Assembly: GCA_023213395.1 (NCBI GenBank)
Contig: CM041465.1
Location: 153,767,741 to 153,831,740 of the forward strand
Length of the DNA: 64,000 bases
Source of the DNA: Cycas panzhihuaensis
Lineage: Eukaryota > Plantae > Cycadophyta
Direction of reading: 5' to 3'
This document shows positions 1-17,654 of the stretch, piece after piece (positions within the stretch are counted from its first letter, which is position 1; every line of letters starts with the position of its first letter). Below the pieces are notes generated by a model, which was not told the origin of the DNA, ran no database searches, and saw only the letters and a program-made list of their open reading frames with translations. The position numbers were made by a program, and so were the translations under genes.

Positions 1-1570
1 TTTTTCTTTAAAAATTTACAAAATTTCCTTAACTTTTCTATCTTTATTAGGGTGTGCAAAGGTTGTTTGGTGTTAGGTTTGTTTAAAGTTGTAAAACTTG
101 CACCTTGTAACTTTTGCAACATTGAAAACACATACATCTTTGTGGCAACTTGTCATTCACATCTTTAGCTTTTGTCACATTAGCCTTGCTTACTACCTTG
201 GTGCTTGGGCACCGTGGAGTGTCGTAGACTTGGAGGATTAGCTATTCTGATACTAACTGCACCCCTTCCTCCTCCTTATCCCTTTTGATATTTCTTGCAA
301 AGCTAACGTAAAAAGGGAATTGAAAGTTGGTTTTGTTATAGATATTTATTTAATTTAGATAGCTTGCATTGTAATGTTCCATACATTGCATATATATACA
401 TATATATCCCTTATGCTCTAGCAGCCTCATGAAAGGGCATACATTACTTGGTTGCAGGTTCCCTTCTCACCGTACATGGAGAAGGAGGAAGGCATTCTAA
501 TCTGGCCACTCACATTTGGGAGTAGTATGAAGAAAGTAGATGTGATAAGGGGATAGCGCTCCTTCACCTGTCCAAGCTCTAGGTACACTCCTCATTCCCT
601 TTTGTCCTATTCCTCTCACATTATTTTATTTGTCCCCATATATCATACCTAAAAGAAAAGAGAATCTGCATATATCATCCACACTTAGTTAATTTGCTTG
701 CCTACTCAATAAAAGTGAATCAAATAGGGACCATACCCATTGCATGTCTATTTGTTGCATGTTTCCTTGAGCTTACGTCCCTTGCATGCATCTTGCCTCA
801 CATACCATTTCTTTGCCAATCCCTCTCTTTTTTCTTTGCATTTAAAAATTAAAAGAGAGTGAGGATATGCACGATTGAACAAATGAGTGGTTTTATTTAT
901 GTTGTTCCTTTCCTTCTTTTAAGAGAGAACCCATCTTGCATAGAAGAACACAACACCATATAAACAACCTCTTCCCCATCCACGTTGCATAACAACCTAC
1001 ATGCAAAAGAATTAGAACTTTTCCATTGTCACCTTACATCCCTAAAACTATCTTAGATGTAGAGTCTTAAGGGCATCCCTCCTTTAAGGCCCCGCTTCTC
1101 TCTTTGTTCTTTATTACACTTATTACAACTAAGTAACCTTAGTGTAATCTTTGAGTCAATTCTACACCCATAAGATTGGTCACCTCTCCATTCCTTCATG
1201 AGTACACACTGCTTCTGCCTCTTACCTAGATCCACCCCTTTCATATCTTTTCCTATGCGAGGAGCTCTTCCCTTGCTCTTTCTCTCCTCCTTCCTTCGGC
1301 CATCCAAGGACAGGAGGGCATCTTTTGGGGTTACTCGGGAAACTGAGGATCTCCCTCACTTACCTATCGCTCCAAACCGAAGTAGAGTCACCTCAAAAGT
1401 AGTTCACGTGCTATTTGCGGGTCCTGAACATATGTTCCGATGCACAAATGCCCTTTATAGGTATTTGCTTTTACTTGCCATCATAGGTCCTTAGCTACCA
1501 CAATTTTGATAGTTTGGCTTGACCTCGTCTAAATATAATTACCCCCTCCACCTTGAAGGTGTGATTCTAC
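1..1570 (+). repeat. 5' LTR of element A (partial)
   Basis: From ~66 (tttggtgttaggtt) aligns colinearly with 13532 onward until the shared end ATTCTAC; the first ~65 bp do not match the 3' LTR copy. Confidence 0.85.
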
Positions 1571-1588
1571 TAGTGACCAAACCGGGGA
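1571..1588 (+). promoter_or_regulatory. Primer-binding site, degenerate TGGCGAC...GGGGA (tRNA-Arg type used by Tat/Ogre elements)
   Basis: TAGTGACCAAACCGGGGA immediately after the LTR end; differences from TGGCGAC are methylation-type transitions. Confidence 0.55.
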
Positions 1589-1767
1589 CCTGCCAGTAAG
1601 GGATTAATCCTTCTCCCTTCCTATTGGTACTACTTCCTTCTTGGTAGCTCTCTTTGGTTTCTTGGGAAGCCCCCAATGCTCACACCCCTACTATCTCTTT
1701 CTTCCAACCTGTAGGCAAAAATTGTATGTGGTGATTCTCATGTCGCTTATGAGGCCTTGCCCCTTTA

Positions 1768-3830
1768 TTGGAAGATCTCTTTTATTTTCCCCTTCCTTCA
1801 TCGCATTTTGATTTGACCATGGAGGGATTCCCTTTGGATTTGGAATATCATACTTACATATCTGAATCTCATGAGCCTTCTACCTCTTTCCAAGGGCCCA
1901 CCCAAGAGGGTGAGAACCCTATCACTTACTCGAGTGAGCAAGGCCACCCACAAGTCCACCACCTCTCTACTTATGAGGTGGAGGCATCCTCTCCATTAGA
2001 GTGCCAGTATTTTGGGGGTGATCCTCATGAGGATCACCCTATGGGGTCCGCCTCATATGAGGACATCTCTACCTCTTATGATCAGGTAGACACCCCTCTC
2101 GTAGATGTCGTTGAAGCACTAAACTAGTGCTTCCAAGCTGGTCAACTTCAATAACATCCTAAGTGGTTGGAGGATATCCTGCAAAGCATTGTGCTTCCTT
2201 CCTCTACATCTGCTCCTCCTCATCCATCCCGTTCAACTCCCTTATCTACCACAAGGGTGTCCCTTGCTTCATCCTCCTCTCCTTATGGTCCGTGCTCCTT
2301 AGGTACCACCCAAGGTATATCCTTTTCCCAACTTAGGATGAGTATACCTCTTTTAAGGCAAATAACAACACCCCAACCTACCATTGTATATATGCCTCTT
2401 GTTAGATCTAGGGAACCCGCATGTGTCCCTCCTACTAGCCATGTGGTGCCCCTCCCCACACATTACCAACTATAACTTAGGGATCCTTCCCTTTACGTGT
2501 CTCTAGGTTACACTTCTCAACCATGGGGGCATGGCAAGGGAAATCCTCTTCTAGCTTATGGGGTAGACCCTTTGCACTCGTATGGTATTGCACCACCCAC
2601 GGGCAACCCATGCAGGCAAAACCTCGTTCCTCACCCTATCGCTCCATCCTCTTATGCCTTCTCATATGTTGCACCTTCATAAGGAGGGAAAGCCTCATCC
2701 CAAGGTACTATCTCTCAATCTCTTTTCCAACAAGGGGCATTTTCGTAAAGGGGGATAGGTCCCTCATACCCATCTGCTCCTATGCAAATACCATCAAACT
2801 GGGATTGGCTCCTTCCCATCAAATGAGAGGAGGTTCATACCCTCTTTCGAACCAAATCTCTCAAGGAGGATTTGGGCAACCTTGTCCACCTCCTCTTCCA
2901 TCTCTCGTCAATCCTATGGTCTAGTCAAGGGCAAGCCCCTTTATGGACTATAGATCAACACCCCTATCTATTGAGGTGCTAAGGGCCAATTTACTGACGC
3001 ACCCTCCTGAGGTTCCCAAATTTGATGGAACCTCATCACAAGACCCAACAGAGCATATCCATAGCTTTTCTATTGCATGCATCGATTATAGGGCTTATGA
3101 CTATATCTTTATAAAACTCTTCCCACGATCCCTTCAAGGTGATGCCCTCAGGTGGTTCTACCACCTACCAGCATATTCTATTTTTTCATTCTAACAACTC
3201 ATGGATGAATTTGTCAATTATTTTGACGTAGCTCCTCCTTTCGAGAATGGGATGAAAGCTCTTTTGTCTCTTAAACAAGGTTACGATGAGATGAATTATA
3301 ACTTTATGAGATGTTTCCATGACCTACTTCACTCCACCAAGGAAACCCTACTTAAGGAGTTGAAGAGAGACCTCTTTGTTAGTGCCCTCTGCCCAGAAGT
3401 CCACGTCGAAGTCCTTAAAATAGGGGCAACAATGTGTGAATCTACCACAGCCAAGTGCTTAGTGCATGAGGCCATTGAGATCCAGGCAGGTCTCAAGAAG
3501 CCTCTCAAGCCCTCAGAATGACATGAGGCACCTCCACCACCCCATCAAACTAAAGTCCAATAGTTGCCTAGGTCTTCTTCTCACTTGACGGAAGAGACCC
3601 TAGACCCCATTACTTTTGATATACATTCATTTAAATGTACCATGAAGGAGCTTAAACTCTGAGCCCCTTCATCCCCCTCCTCACACAGACTAGTCCACCA
3701 AGCCTCTCAAGCCACTCCCGAAAAGGGAAGTAATGCCCAATCTTCTCAAATTAGGAAGCTAAATTCCTCCCTGGAGAAGAAGTGGTGTTCCATCCACAGG
3801 GAGTGTTTTTACGAAGATTCGTAATACCGA
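1768..3830 (+). pseudogene. gag: gag of element A (Pro-rich N-terminal part, retrotransposon Gag core, degenerate C-x2-H knuckle)
   Basis: ORFs 2943-3194 and 3201-3521: VPKFDG..DPTEHIHSF...KLFPRSLQGDALRWFYHLP..SI.SF, L.SLKQG.DE; KWCSIH at ~3780; stops and frameshifts. Confidence 0.85.
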
Positions 3831-4539
3831 GCCCAGTACCCTAGAGCCACCCCACAACATGATTGTTCTCCCAAATGGGCGTTTAGGCCCAACCTATACC
3901 AACCCATCCATAAAGATCCTTTCCCCAAACATGAGGAACATGATTGTAATAACCAACAAAAGGGTAATCGAAATAAAGGGAGGGCCTTAAACCCTCACCC
4001 TTCGCAAGCCAAAGGGAAGGGTGCAAGTAACTCATCCTCTTCTTTTGGCTCTCCTGACCATCGCATTCCTTCACCCTCTTCATCCTAAAACAAGGGAAAG
4101 AGAGTCATTTCGATACTTGAGACAATGTTGTTATATGCCTTAACTTGGTCCCAAGCAACTAAAGAGGCAAGTAGTGCCTCTTCTTCCATGCCTAAGCTTG
4201 ATCCTCTTCTAGAAGTCCCTCTCCCAAAAATCCCTACATTTTCCAAGACTGTTCCCATGCGCTTGGGTTGTTACGATTTTCAAAGGGTGCTTCCCCAACC
4301 TACTGCGAAGGGACAACCCTTCTCTATCATTAACGAACTTCACACCATTGTCACGAGGATGTCCTTGATGGGTGTCTTGAAAAGTTTTCCTAAGTAACAT
4401 ACTCTTTTTCTTAAAGCTCTTAGCCAACAAGATGCTTCCATCCATGTTGTAGGCACCACCTCTCATGGACCACTTATCATCTCATTTAACCCTTGAGATC
4501 TCCTGTCTCCCAGTGAATGGGAGAAGCTTTTGTATTACC

Positions 4540-4900
4540 GATTGGTCATTTCCATTGACACTTCTAATTTTATTACAAAGAGGACCATGATAGATAATGG
4601 CTCCCTGGTTAATGTTATGCCTGTGTGCATACTTAAGGAGCTAGGCATAGTAGCTCTTTAGTCCATCCCTTGGAAATACTAAGGATATGACGGGACTGAG
4701 AAGTCCCCCTTAGGGATAGTCTCCCTTTCGCTCACCTTAGAAGGTAAGGCCGTTTCTATTGATGTTGTTGTACTCGATATTGATGTAGAGTACAACCTCA
4801 TATTGGGCCGACCATGGCTCGACCAAATGGGAGCTATTTGCTCCTCACATTGGTGGTAACTAAAATTTGTCCATGAAGGATGAGTTAAAGTTATCACCCA
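4540..4900 (+). pseudogene. Aspartic protease of element A
   Basis: KRTMIDNGSLVNVMP at 4578 and YNLILGRPWL at 4791, typical of Tat/Athila proteases. Confidence 0.9.
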
Positions 4901-6099
4901 TGAGCCTTTGCCATCTCACACTTCTCATCTAGCCTTCCAGGTTATCTTTGATGATAAAGATAGTGATCCTGAGGAGGTTATCCCTTCCATATGATTCCTT
5001 TTTTAGGAGGCTAACCTTCATCCAACCAAACCTATGCTTTGTCATGAGCCAAACCTAGTTAGGTTTGCCCCTATTAGCATGGGTAGTTACGGTTACCTAG
5101 ACATCATGTGTGACTCTGAGTTGGATAGCGAGGGCCATGAGCCCCCTCCTTGGCATGTCGCCTTGGTTTCACGCATATCCAGGGAGATAACCTGATCGGA
5201 TATTCCCTCGTCTCTTCATTCTACATTACCTCCTGAGCCAATGGTTTCAAACCAACCACTTCTTTCACCTTCTCGCCCTCCCTGAGTGGCTTCACATAGG
5301 CGTTTACACCAATGCACCACTCGTAGAGGCATTTCTTCTTCACACTCTAGGTCCTCACCCAGGACTAGAGCCAACACTACTCAGATGCAACCTTGCCATG
5401 CGATTTGTCACATGTTAGGTCCATCGCACTCATTTAGTTCTGACCAAAACCATTTTACTTATAGGCCTAGCCACATAGGGCCTACCATTCATCATCCATC
5501 TCTATTTTATGTGTGACTACCTCTATCCCTACATAGATTAGGTGCACCTATTTCTCTTTTTCATACTCTAAAATGAGCCTAAACTACCACCCTAAGCGCA
5601 TCCCCATTCCTCCTGATCACGGGCAGAATGGCAGCTTAGGGTGACTTTCCTACTCTTTCCAGGTTCCTCCTATGCCACCTTTGGGTTTCCCTTCCCTGGG
5701 CGACTTTCCCTCCTAATTGGGCGTGTGGTCCTTATCGCTCCCAAGCCTGGAAGCATTCCCCAACTAGGATGGCATGATTGAGTGCCGTTACTCCCTCTCC
5801 TACTAGCACTTCCTTTGCATATCCTACTATACTCCTATGATTGATGTGTACGACTCCCCATCTCTTAGCCCCATATATGCCTATCACCTACAGTTGTGGT
5901 GATCATGTGTGCCCGCTAAGAGTATGGCCCTATATGGAAGGAAGTGTATTCATAACTCGAATAATCTTGTAATACAAATCATATAACAATCAACCCAAAA
6001 TCATCATGATCTATAGCTCCTCATGAACCTGTGCACCCATACACATATATACATAAATATATGTATAAGCCATACAAGCAACGAAATATACTATCATAA

Positions 6100-8290
6100 C
6101 ATCATCATTATACATCAAATAAGGTGCCAATGGCCCCACCCATATACATAAAAAATAATAATGAATCATATCATACAGATGGTATGGTACATCATCTGCA
6201 GGAAGCTGGATCCTTATAGGGAGGAGTATAATTATGTGGTAATATATGGTGACTCCCTAGAGGTTCAGTGATTTCCCAATCAAAACTAAGCACACCGTGC
6301 TCTCCAATGCTCCTATCCTCATGGCGTGTCATCTGTTGGTCAATGTAATCCCTCCCTAGGGGACCGCATACCTCCTAGGCTTCTCGTGTGCCTCTGGGAT
6401 CTCTCCACCTCGCTCCCCTCCTCTCAAGACCTCCTTCGGGTCACTGCCATCATGTGGGTATGAGTCTTGCTCCTCGACAACCTCACGACCAACTAGTCTA
6501 CCAGCTGATCGTATTGCACCTAGATACGAACCCTCTCTCCCTCTACTCCTCGAAGTCTCTCCTCCATCCCTAGAGCCTCTACCCCACCCCTTGGAGTTGC
6601 TCCTGCAGAACGGTCACTCTGATGTGACCCTCTACATCACCACCTACTCCTCTACCTTTAGCCTCCAACACTTGGACTTGACCTCGTAAGGCATCTGTAT
6701 CTGCTTGGGTCTCATTCAGCTCCCTCTATAGTTGTCCCACCCTCACCTAGTGCTCCTGGGACTCCCTTACTAGTATGTCCCTAACCCTGATTAATAGGGT
6801 CAATACTACTATGTCTACCCTCGTTGATTGTGGCTCCTGTCCAGCCTAGATGGAAGGTTGCCCCTCCAGATACACCTGGGGGAATACCTCCTGGACTACT
6901 ACCTCCATCAACCTTCCCATATCCACTACTCCTGCAAAGTCAAATGTGACACATATCAATCCACATATCCATATACATATCAAACCATCAAAACTAAATC
7001 AAAGCAAACTATCTAAAAGCTTGATAGTCAAAGGATGGGAGGAAATGGTAGTGTCTCACCTCTAGGGATAACTGGCTCCTCCGCTTTGGTGATTATCACC
7101 TCCTCGGGGCCTCCCTCGATCGTTGGTACCTCCTCCTCCTCGGTTACCACCTCACCAACATCCTGGCCTACCGGGGAATCTCCTCCCCCCCCCACTACTA
7201 CCTTTACTATTGCTACCACTGCTCAAGCTCTCCTTACCACCCTTAGTCTCCAGACTGGTATGCAGGGTGGCCTGCCTCTCCCTACAGCTCGTTAGGGATA
7301 TACCTCTCCTCCTCCATTTCCCGAAGGCCTTACCTCACCTCCTGCGGTCTGTGATGGACCTCCCTCATCACCAGCTATTCTCGATGGGCCTACCCCATCA
7401 CCCCCATCACCATCATCATCATCATCGCCACTTCTAGGACCACCTCCTTCTCCTCTTGCTCCTCCTGCTCCACCTGCCTCATCATCATTATCCCACTTTA
7501 TCCCTCTATATAGATCTGTTGTATAGTCTGACATGGTGAGGAGGTCTAGTGATATCACCTCCACCGAGTGCTAGATATGTGCCTGATCCTCGGTCCCTCT
7601 AAACTGAGTCTGCCATCTGTGTACCATGGGAGCCCATGCCGAGATAGGGTGCAGTCCTCATGGTGGTGCTACTGCTCCAAAATGATAAAAAAACTAACAC
7701 TACAACAACATACTATAGGAGGATCCTCCTCTCCCTATCATCTTGATAGCATCTAGTTGGGTGACCATGTTCGCCACTATCGAGTGGCCCAATCCAACCT
7801 CTCCTTAGCCTCACATATCCTAACCATCTCCATCCATTCACTAAGGATATCTCTATAGTTTTGTTTCCAAGAGATCCGAAACATAATGCCCAATGTAATC
7901 AACTCAATCACCCTATGAATGCATGACATAACCATAGTTTAAATAGGTATCCCATGCCTCTCCCACCTATCCTAGCTTGTGAAGAATATGGTTGCCTCCC
8001 TGTGTGCAGCATCATTGCTAGCTAATGCCCTTAGCGATGCTGGTTCTCGTCCCGCCAGTACTCCCAAGATCCTTCGGATGTCCCATGCTGTGATAGTGAT
8101 CTCCTCTACCTAGGGGAGGTGGAATACATGCCATCTATGATCCTACTAGGAGACATTGGCTAGAGGTGTACTGTGGTATCATGATAATCTTTAGTAATTT
8201 GCATCTCCCTAGGGTCTGCCTATCTCCCTGAGTTAGCATCTCAATAAAACTCATCATTGCAACACCTATGTTTTCATGATTGTCTACCAT
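6100..8290 (-). pseudogene. Antisense extra gene: Plant Mobile Domain (PMD/MAIN-like, PF10536) + acidic linker + coiled-coil, with predicted introns
   Basis: Minus strand from ATG 8290: MVDNHENIGVAMMSFIEMLTQGDRQTLGRCKLLKIIMIP; DHRWHVFHLP*VEEITITAWDIRRILGV (~8150-8060); GLGHSIVANMVTQLDAI (~7795-7745); acidic segment 7292-7564; coiled-coil LYRELNETQADTDALRGQVQVLE; 3' end approximate. Confidence 0.75.
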
Positions 8291-9550
8291 GATAACTGCT
8301 TACAAAACACTCAACAACCAATTAGAATAACTCTGCATCTGCCTACCTATCCTTAGGCTACGTCTTTCCCCCATCCTGGGCTGAATTTGGCACCTCTCTG
8401 GCCCCCTTTCCTTCTTTTCTGCTTTTGGATCTCTGCCTTGCATCAAACTTTCTAGCACCACAAAGTTTAACTAGGGCCTTACTAAGATTTCAACCTATCC
8501 TTAGTGAACCCATAGTAAACTCCAAGGCACTGCCAATTTTCCTATGGGGCTAGCTACACCCCCTATAAAGTAGGGGTTATGCCCAAAAAACCCAAACTTT
8601 TTGCCCAAATGAGCCACACTCAGGCCCATTGGGACCAAGGCTACCTAATACCCTAGTCCTCCCTCTCTCTAGACCCAAATTGGGCTCCATAAGATTCCAA
8701 TTCATCCTTAAGGGGCCAAAAATTACTATAAAAACATATAAAAACTCATTAATTTTAAATGACAAAATGAGGTGGCGATGGGACAATCCACTCACTGGAT
8801 CTAGTCTTGCGACAACCATCTCATCATCCTAGTCCTATTGGTTGTCTCCTCACACTAATCCGATGGTCCAATCTTTCTCCGCGTGCCTTCGAAGTTGGAC
8901 AACACTCTGCTACGTAAGGGAAAGGGCTCTAAATCGATCGCAAGCCCGTGAAAATGACATCCATTTTCGCCGAGTTTTCCTTATATAGGCAGGAGCCCTG
9001 ATGGACACTTCCTTTATTTCTCCTACCGTGATAGCCCTCAAGATCGCCTCTTTGCCCACATCAACTTCACCTTCTAGTTCCCTCCCTCATTTTGCCTATG
9101 TGGCCTCCTTTTTCTTCCACCCCTTAAGTGCATTTATGATGACCCCTTCAGTCTTCTGAAGGTCCTTTTCATCTTGATTTTCATACAATCCTAAAACATA
9201 CCCATGTTTATACTAATTTGGGTCATTTCATCATCTTGAATCTATTTTCGCTACCCATTCGATCGTTTGGGGCCCTTAAAGGAAGTGCCTCCCTCATCTA
9301 AGACGTCACTTTACTCTTTCTTGCGACTTTTGGGATCCCACAGGGGCCTTTCTAGCCACTGTTCCTTCCACTTTGATTACGCTAGTCTCTGCGTCCCTGG
9401 GTAGCCTCCTTTTAGGGCTCTCCTATCCTTCATAGTCCTAATTATAGTCTTTTGAGTCTTTCATAGCCCCAGTGCTACCTTCCATTCTCATTGACCCCAA
9501 CATCAGCTTGCTTTCTAATCTATATCATAGAGACATTTGCTTCCCTTACC

Positions 9551-9973
9551 ATGGCATTGCTCATCTTCACCGATGATGGAAGCTATAGTGACCCAGGCCC
9601 TTCTACTACTGCGTGGATCCTTTGTGACCCCTTTGGATATAACTACACGTATTCTAGAGTCTTCCTCCCTAAGGCCACCAATAACGAAGCTAAATATACA
9701 GCCATTATTGAATCCCTTACCGATGCACTCTATTTCCACCGCAGACCCATCATTCTCGTCTACGACTCCTAGGCTGTGGTGTCTCATCTCACCCATGTCT
9801 ACTAGGTGTATTGCTCATGCTTGACAACCCTCTCCTTGACCACCAGTTCTTTGTTGTCATATTTTTCTTCCATTGATATATGACATATCGCTTAGGACCA
9901 TAACACTATGGCAGGCAACCTCGTTCATCTCATCCTCGAGCATCACCTCCCTATCCTTGATGGCCCCCCTTGA
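9551..9973 (+). pseudogene. Stand-alone archaeal-type RNase HI (aRH) ORF
   Basis: MALLIFTDDGS..PGPS.TAWIL...ATNNEAKYTAIIESL..A......ILVYDS*AVV.....HIA*DHNTMAGNLV; one frame, internal stops only TAG/TGA (as from CAG/CGA/TGG decay). Confidence 0.88.
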
Positions 9974-10379
9974 GGGACCTGTCCAACCACCCAGTTTCCA
10001 GGCCATCGCATTCTCCTATCTTACGATTCATTTATATCTCTGAAAGTTAGCCACTAATGAGGTAAAACTATAGTGACTACCAGATATATTCTTCTTGCCC
10101 TACCACTCATACAGCCCCTAGTATGGAGTCTTTAATATTTTTGCTTCCCTATGTATATAACACTCCATTTCGTAATACCTATTTGATCATGCTCGTTGTT
10201 GTCACCACTGTCTATGTTATATTTATATGATGGGAGCATGCCCCCACCTATTTTCTCTAATCGTCGACTTTAGGGTGACACATAGGTAGTCCCTATGTTG
10301 TCTTTCTCTCGTCTCCCTGTCCATGTGTCTCGCCACGACACTTGCCGCTATCCTTGGCTCATACCATCATCATATTTGT

Positions 10380-11982
<1,603 letters not shown>

Positions 11983-12047
11983 TGTTAACATTTTGTTGCC
12001 AGCATTGACCATCGTGTTACACTTCCAAGCAGCGAGGCTCTATTGGC

Positions 12048-12057
12048 AAGGGGGCAG
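12048..12057 (+). promoter_or_regulatory. Polypurine tract of element A
   Basis: AAGGGGGCAG directly before TGTTTC. Confidence 0.75.
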
Positions 12058-15172
<3,115 letters not shown>

Positions 15173-15850
15173 CTATCAATAAGGAGAACTAATTATATTT
15201 GGTAGAATTTGCATATAAACATTATGCCCACTTGTCCTTGGAAATTAGCCTATTTTAGGCTCTATGTGGAAGGAGGTGTAATAGACCCCTAAGTTAGAAC
15301 AACCTGGAAGACATATATGCTTTAGGTTTAGACATAGTATAGGAGATAAAGAAGTAAGTGATTATCATCTAGAAGTAACTAAATGTAGCCCAAGATAGAC
15401 AAATGAGCTATGTAAACCTAAAGTGAACAACCAAGGAATTCTATGTTGGTGACTATATATTCTTATGGGTGAGGCCTAAACATAGTTCCATAAGTTTAAG
15501 GACTTATAAAAAGCTTTTATGGCCCTTTGAAAATATTAAAAAGGTTAAGCTCAATTACTTATAAGCTTACACTCCCACTAAACATGCGAGTATATAATAT
15601 ATTATACATTTCCTTATTTAAAAAGCATGTTCTAGATTCAAAGTATATATTAGATTATACTAACTTGGTGGTAGGACTAAGCTTAGAGTTTGAAGTAAAG
15701 CCATTCATAATTCTAGACAATAAGGAGAAGGTATTAAGAAATAAGACCACTAGGCAAGTAAAAGCCTAATGGAAACACTTGATACTATAAGAGGCTAATT
15801 GGGAGTTAAAGGAAGAAATGATATAGTAATACCTATATTTATTTATAGTA
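15173..15850 (+). pseudogene. Integrase C-terminus + chromodomain of a Tekay/Del-like chromovirus
   Basis: YLVEFAYKH...LF*ALCGRRCNRPL; QDRQMSYVN...EFYVGDYIFLWVRP; ILDNKEKVLRNKTTRQVKA*WKH....ANWE. Confidence 0.88.
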
Positions 15851-15894
15851 TAATAAATGGCATTGAGATGATAATTTCTTTAAGTGGATAGGGA

Positions 15895-17177
15895 TGTAAG
15901 GACCAAACCTCAAGGTGATCAATATATGGTTAAATACTTATACCTCTTCCTCTTCTTTTTCTTCCTCTTCTTCTTCTTTATTGTTTGCCCTATGTAAGGT
16001 GGAAGTTATTTTATGTTCTACCAAATGTGAGGGTACACCACTTTTGTTTTGTTATTTATCCTTATAATGTAGAAGATGTTTAATACCCCACCAAGTGCTA
16101 GGATGCACTATTTTCTATTCTATAATAGGTAGTTAGGATCTTTTACGATTTGATGACATGGTATTAATTTTTTATAAGTCTTTTATATGATGTAATATTA
16201 TATTATTTTATCTTATAGAATATAAAAGACAACCAAATTATTTCTAAAGACATGGGCATAAAATGACATGAATAAAGGAAGAAAAGATAGGTAGGTTCTA
16301 TTAGATTAGTAGTAAGTATGATCTTATAGACTCACAAATGAACATCTTCAAGAGATTATAAGTTTAACCTGGAGGCATGCTTTAAGCATCACCAAGTGAA
16401 ATATGAGAGTCTAAGCTCTACATAAACTAGTTGATTATTAGAAATAGATGTTGGTTGGCAAAGATATATAAATCTAAAAGTGTGAAAATGACTACCAGAT
16501 AATTAAACAAAGGCTAAAATTAGACGTGAGGGCCTTAATCTAGAGTGATTATCTTTTGCATACTATAGAAATATATTTTAAGACCTATTCTGCATCGAAG
16601 AGGGCATCAATAGCTTTCTAATGAGTGATTGAAGTCATAAATCAAAAAAGGCATGAAAAGGTTATAGCAACTCAAAGTTTGATCTTCATGACTTGAAGAA
16701 TTAGAGTAGACATAAGAAGGGAAGATGGGGGAAAGTGAAATCCCTTAGGAGAAAGAGTCTTGCTTAGAAATATTTTTTGAGGAAAAATTCAAATGAAAGA
16801 TGAACACACGAGTAAATAAGATACGAGGAAGAATTTACACAAACATTTTCCTACAAGAAGGAATCCTACTTGGAAAGACTTTTTGAGGAAAAACTCATGA
16901 GGGAGGAGTTAGTAGGATAAGTGGATGGAAGAAAAAGACCCAAAAAAAAAGAAAAATTATAAGCTTTTATATTTTTATTCATAATTAACTCTCTAGTTGA
17001 TATAATTTTGTCAAATTAATCTCATTGAAAATATAGTAAAATCCTCTATGCACCTCAGTAGGTGAGGGCCACCCAGAAGTTTTCCATGAGGAGATAGTCG
17101 TGAAAGTTATAGTAGTGGTTAATGAATAATTATTTAAGAATAATGATAATTATAAATTATTTTTTATAACCATTACA
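15895..17177 (+). repeat. Probable 3' LTR of the Tekay-like element
   Basis: PPT-like AAGTGGATAGGGA (15882-15894) then TGTAAG; candidate end TTACA at 17177; partner LTR not in window, so the right end is uncertain. Confidence 0.55.
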
Positions 17178-17654
17178 TACATGGTTACAGCCATTAAATC
17201 CCATGACTTGCACCTAACATGAGGTACTGTTCGATAAGAAATGAATAGTAAGAAAGAGGAAAATAAAAAGGTCAAGGTATGTTGGTCATGTGGTAAGAAA
17301 AAGGAAAGTAAGTAAAAGGTGATAGAGGAATATCACAAGCATAGTCAATAGAGTAGAGAGATGTTAATGAGAGGAAAAATATGATGAATGAATATTAGAT
17401 GGACAAGCATCTCATAGGATAGTTAGATAGAGTTGAATGAGTCAATCAAGAAAGGAGAGAGATGAATATTATAAGGGAGGCATAGATGTAAGAAATGGTG
17501 TAATAGTCGTAGATGCAGGGAAAGAGTAAGTTACTTAGATAGTGATGTGAAAGTGATGTAAGGACTAAGACAAAAATGCCATAAAGAAAGTATAGATGAT
17601 AGAGTTAACACAACAACATAGGCATAGATAATAAAGGATATTTTTTAGTAGGGA

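Noticed and set aside
1053-1494. Short ORFs within the LTRs of A (also 12355-14918)
   Set aside because: Not preserved as ORFs in the partner LTR where comparable; no recognisable domains
7035-7437. Pro/His/Thr-rich plus-strand ORFs (extensin-like)
   Set aside because: Antisense shadows of the Gly/Asp/Glu-rich linker of the minus-strand PMD gene
9491-9973. RNase H as a host or horizontally transferred prokaryotic gene
   Set aside because: Lies between the LTRs of a Tat-type element, a lineage known to carry archaeal-type RNase H; it has stops and altered catalytic residues
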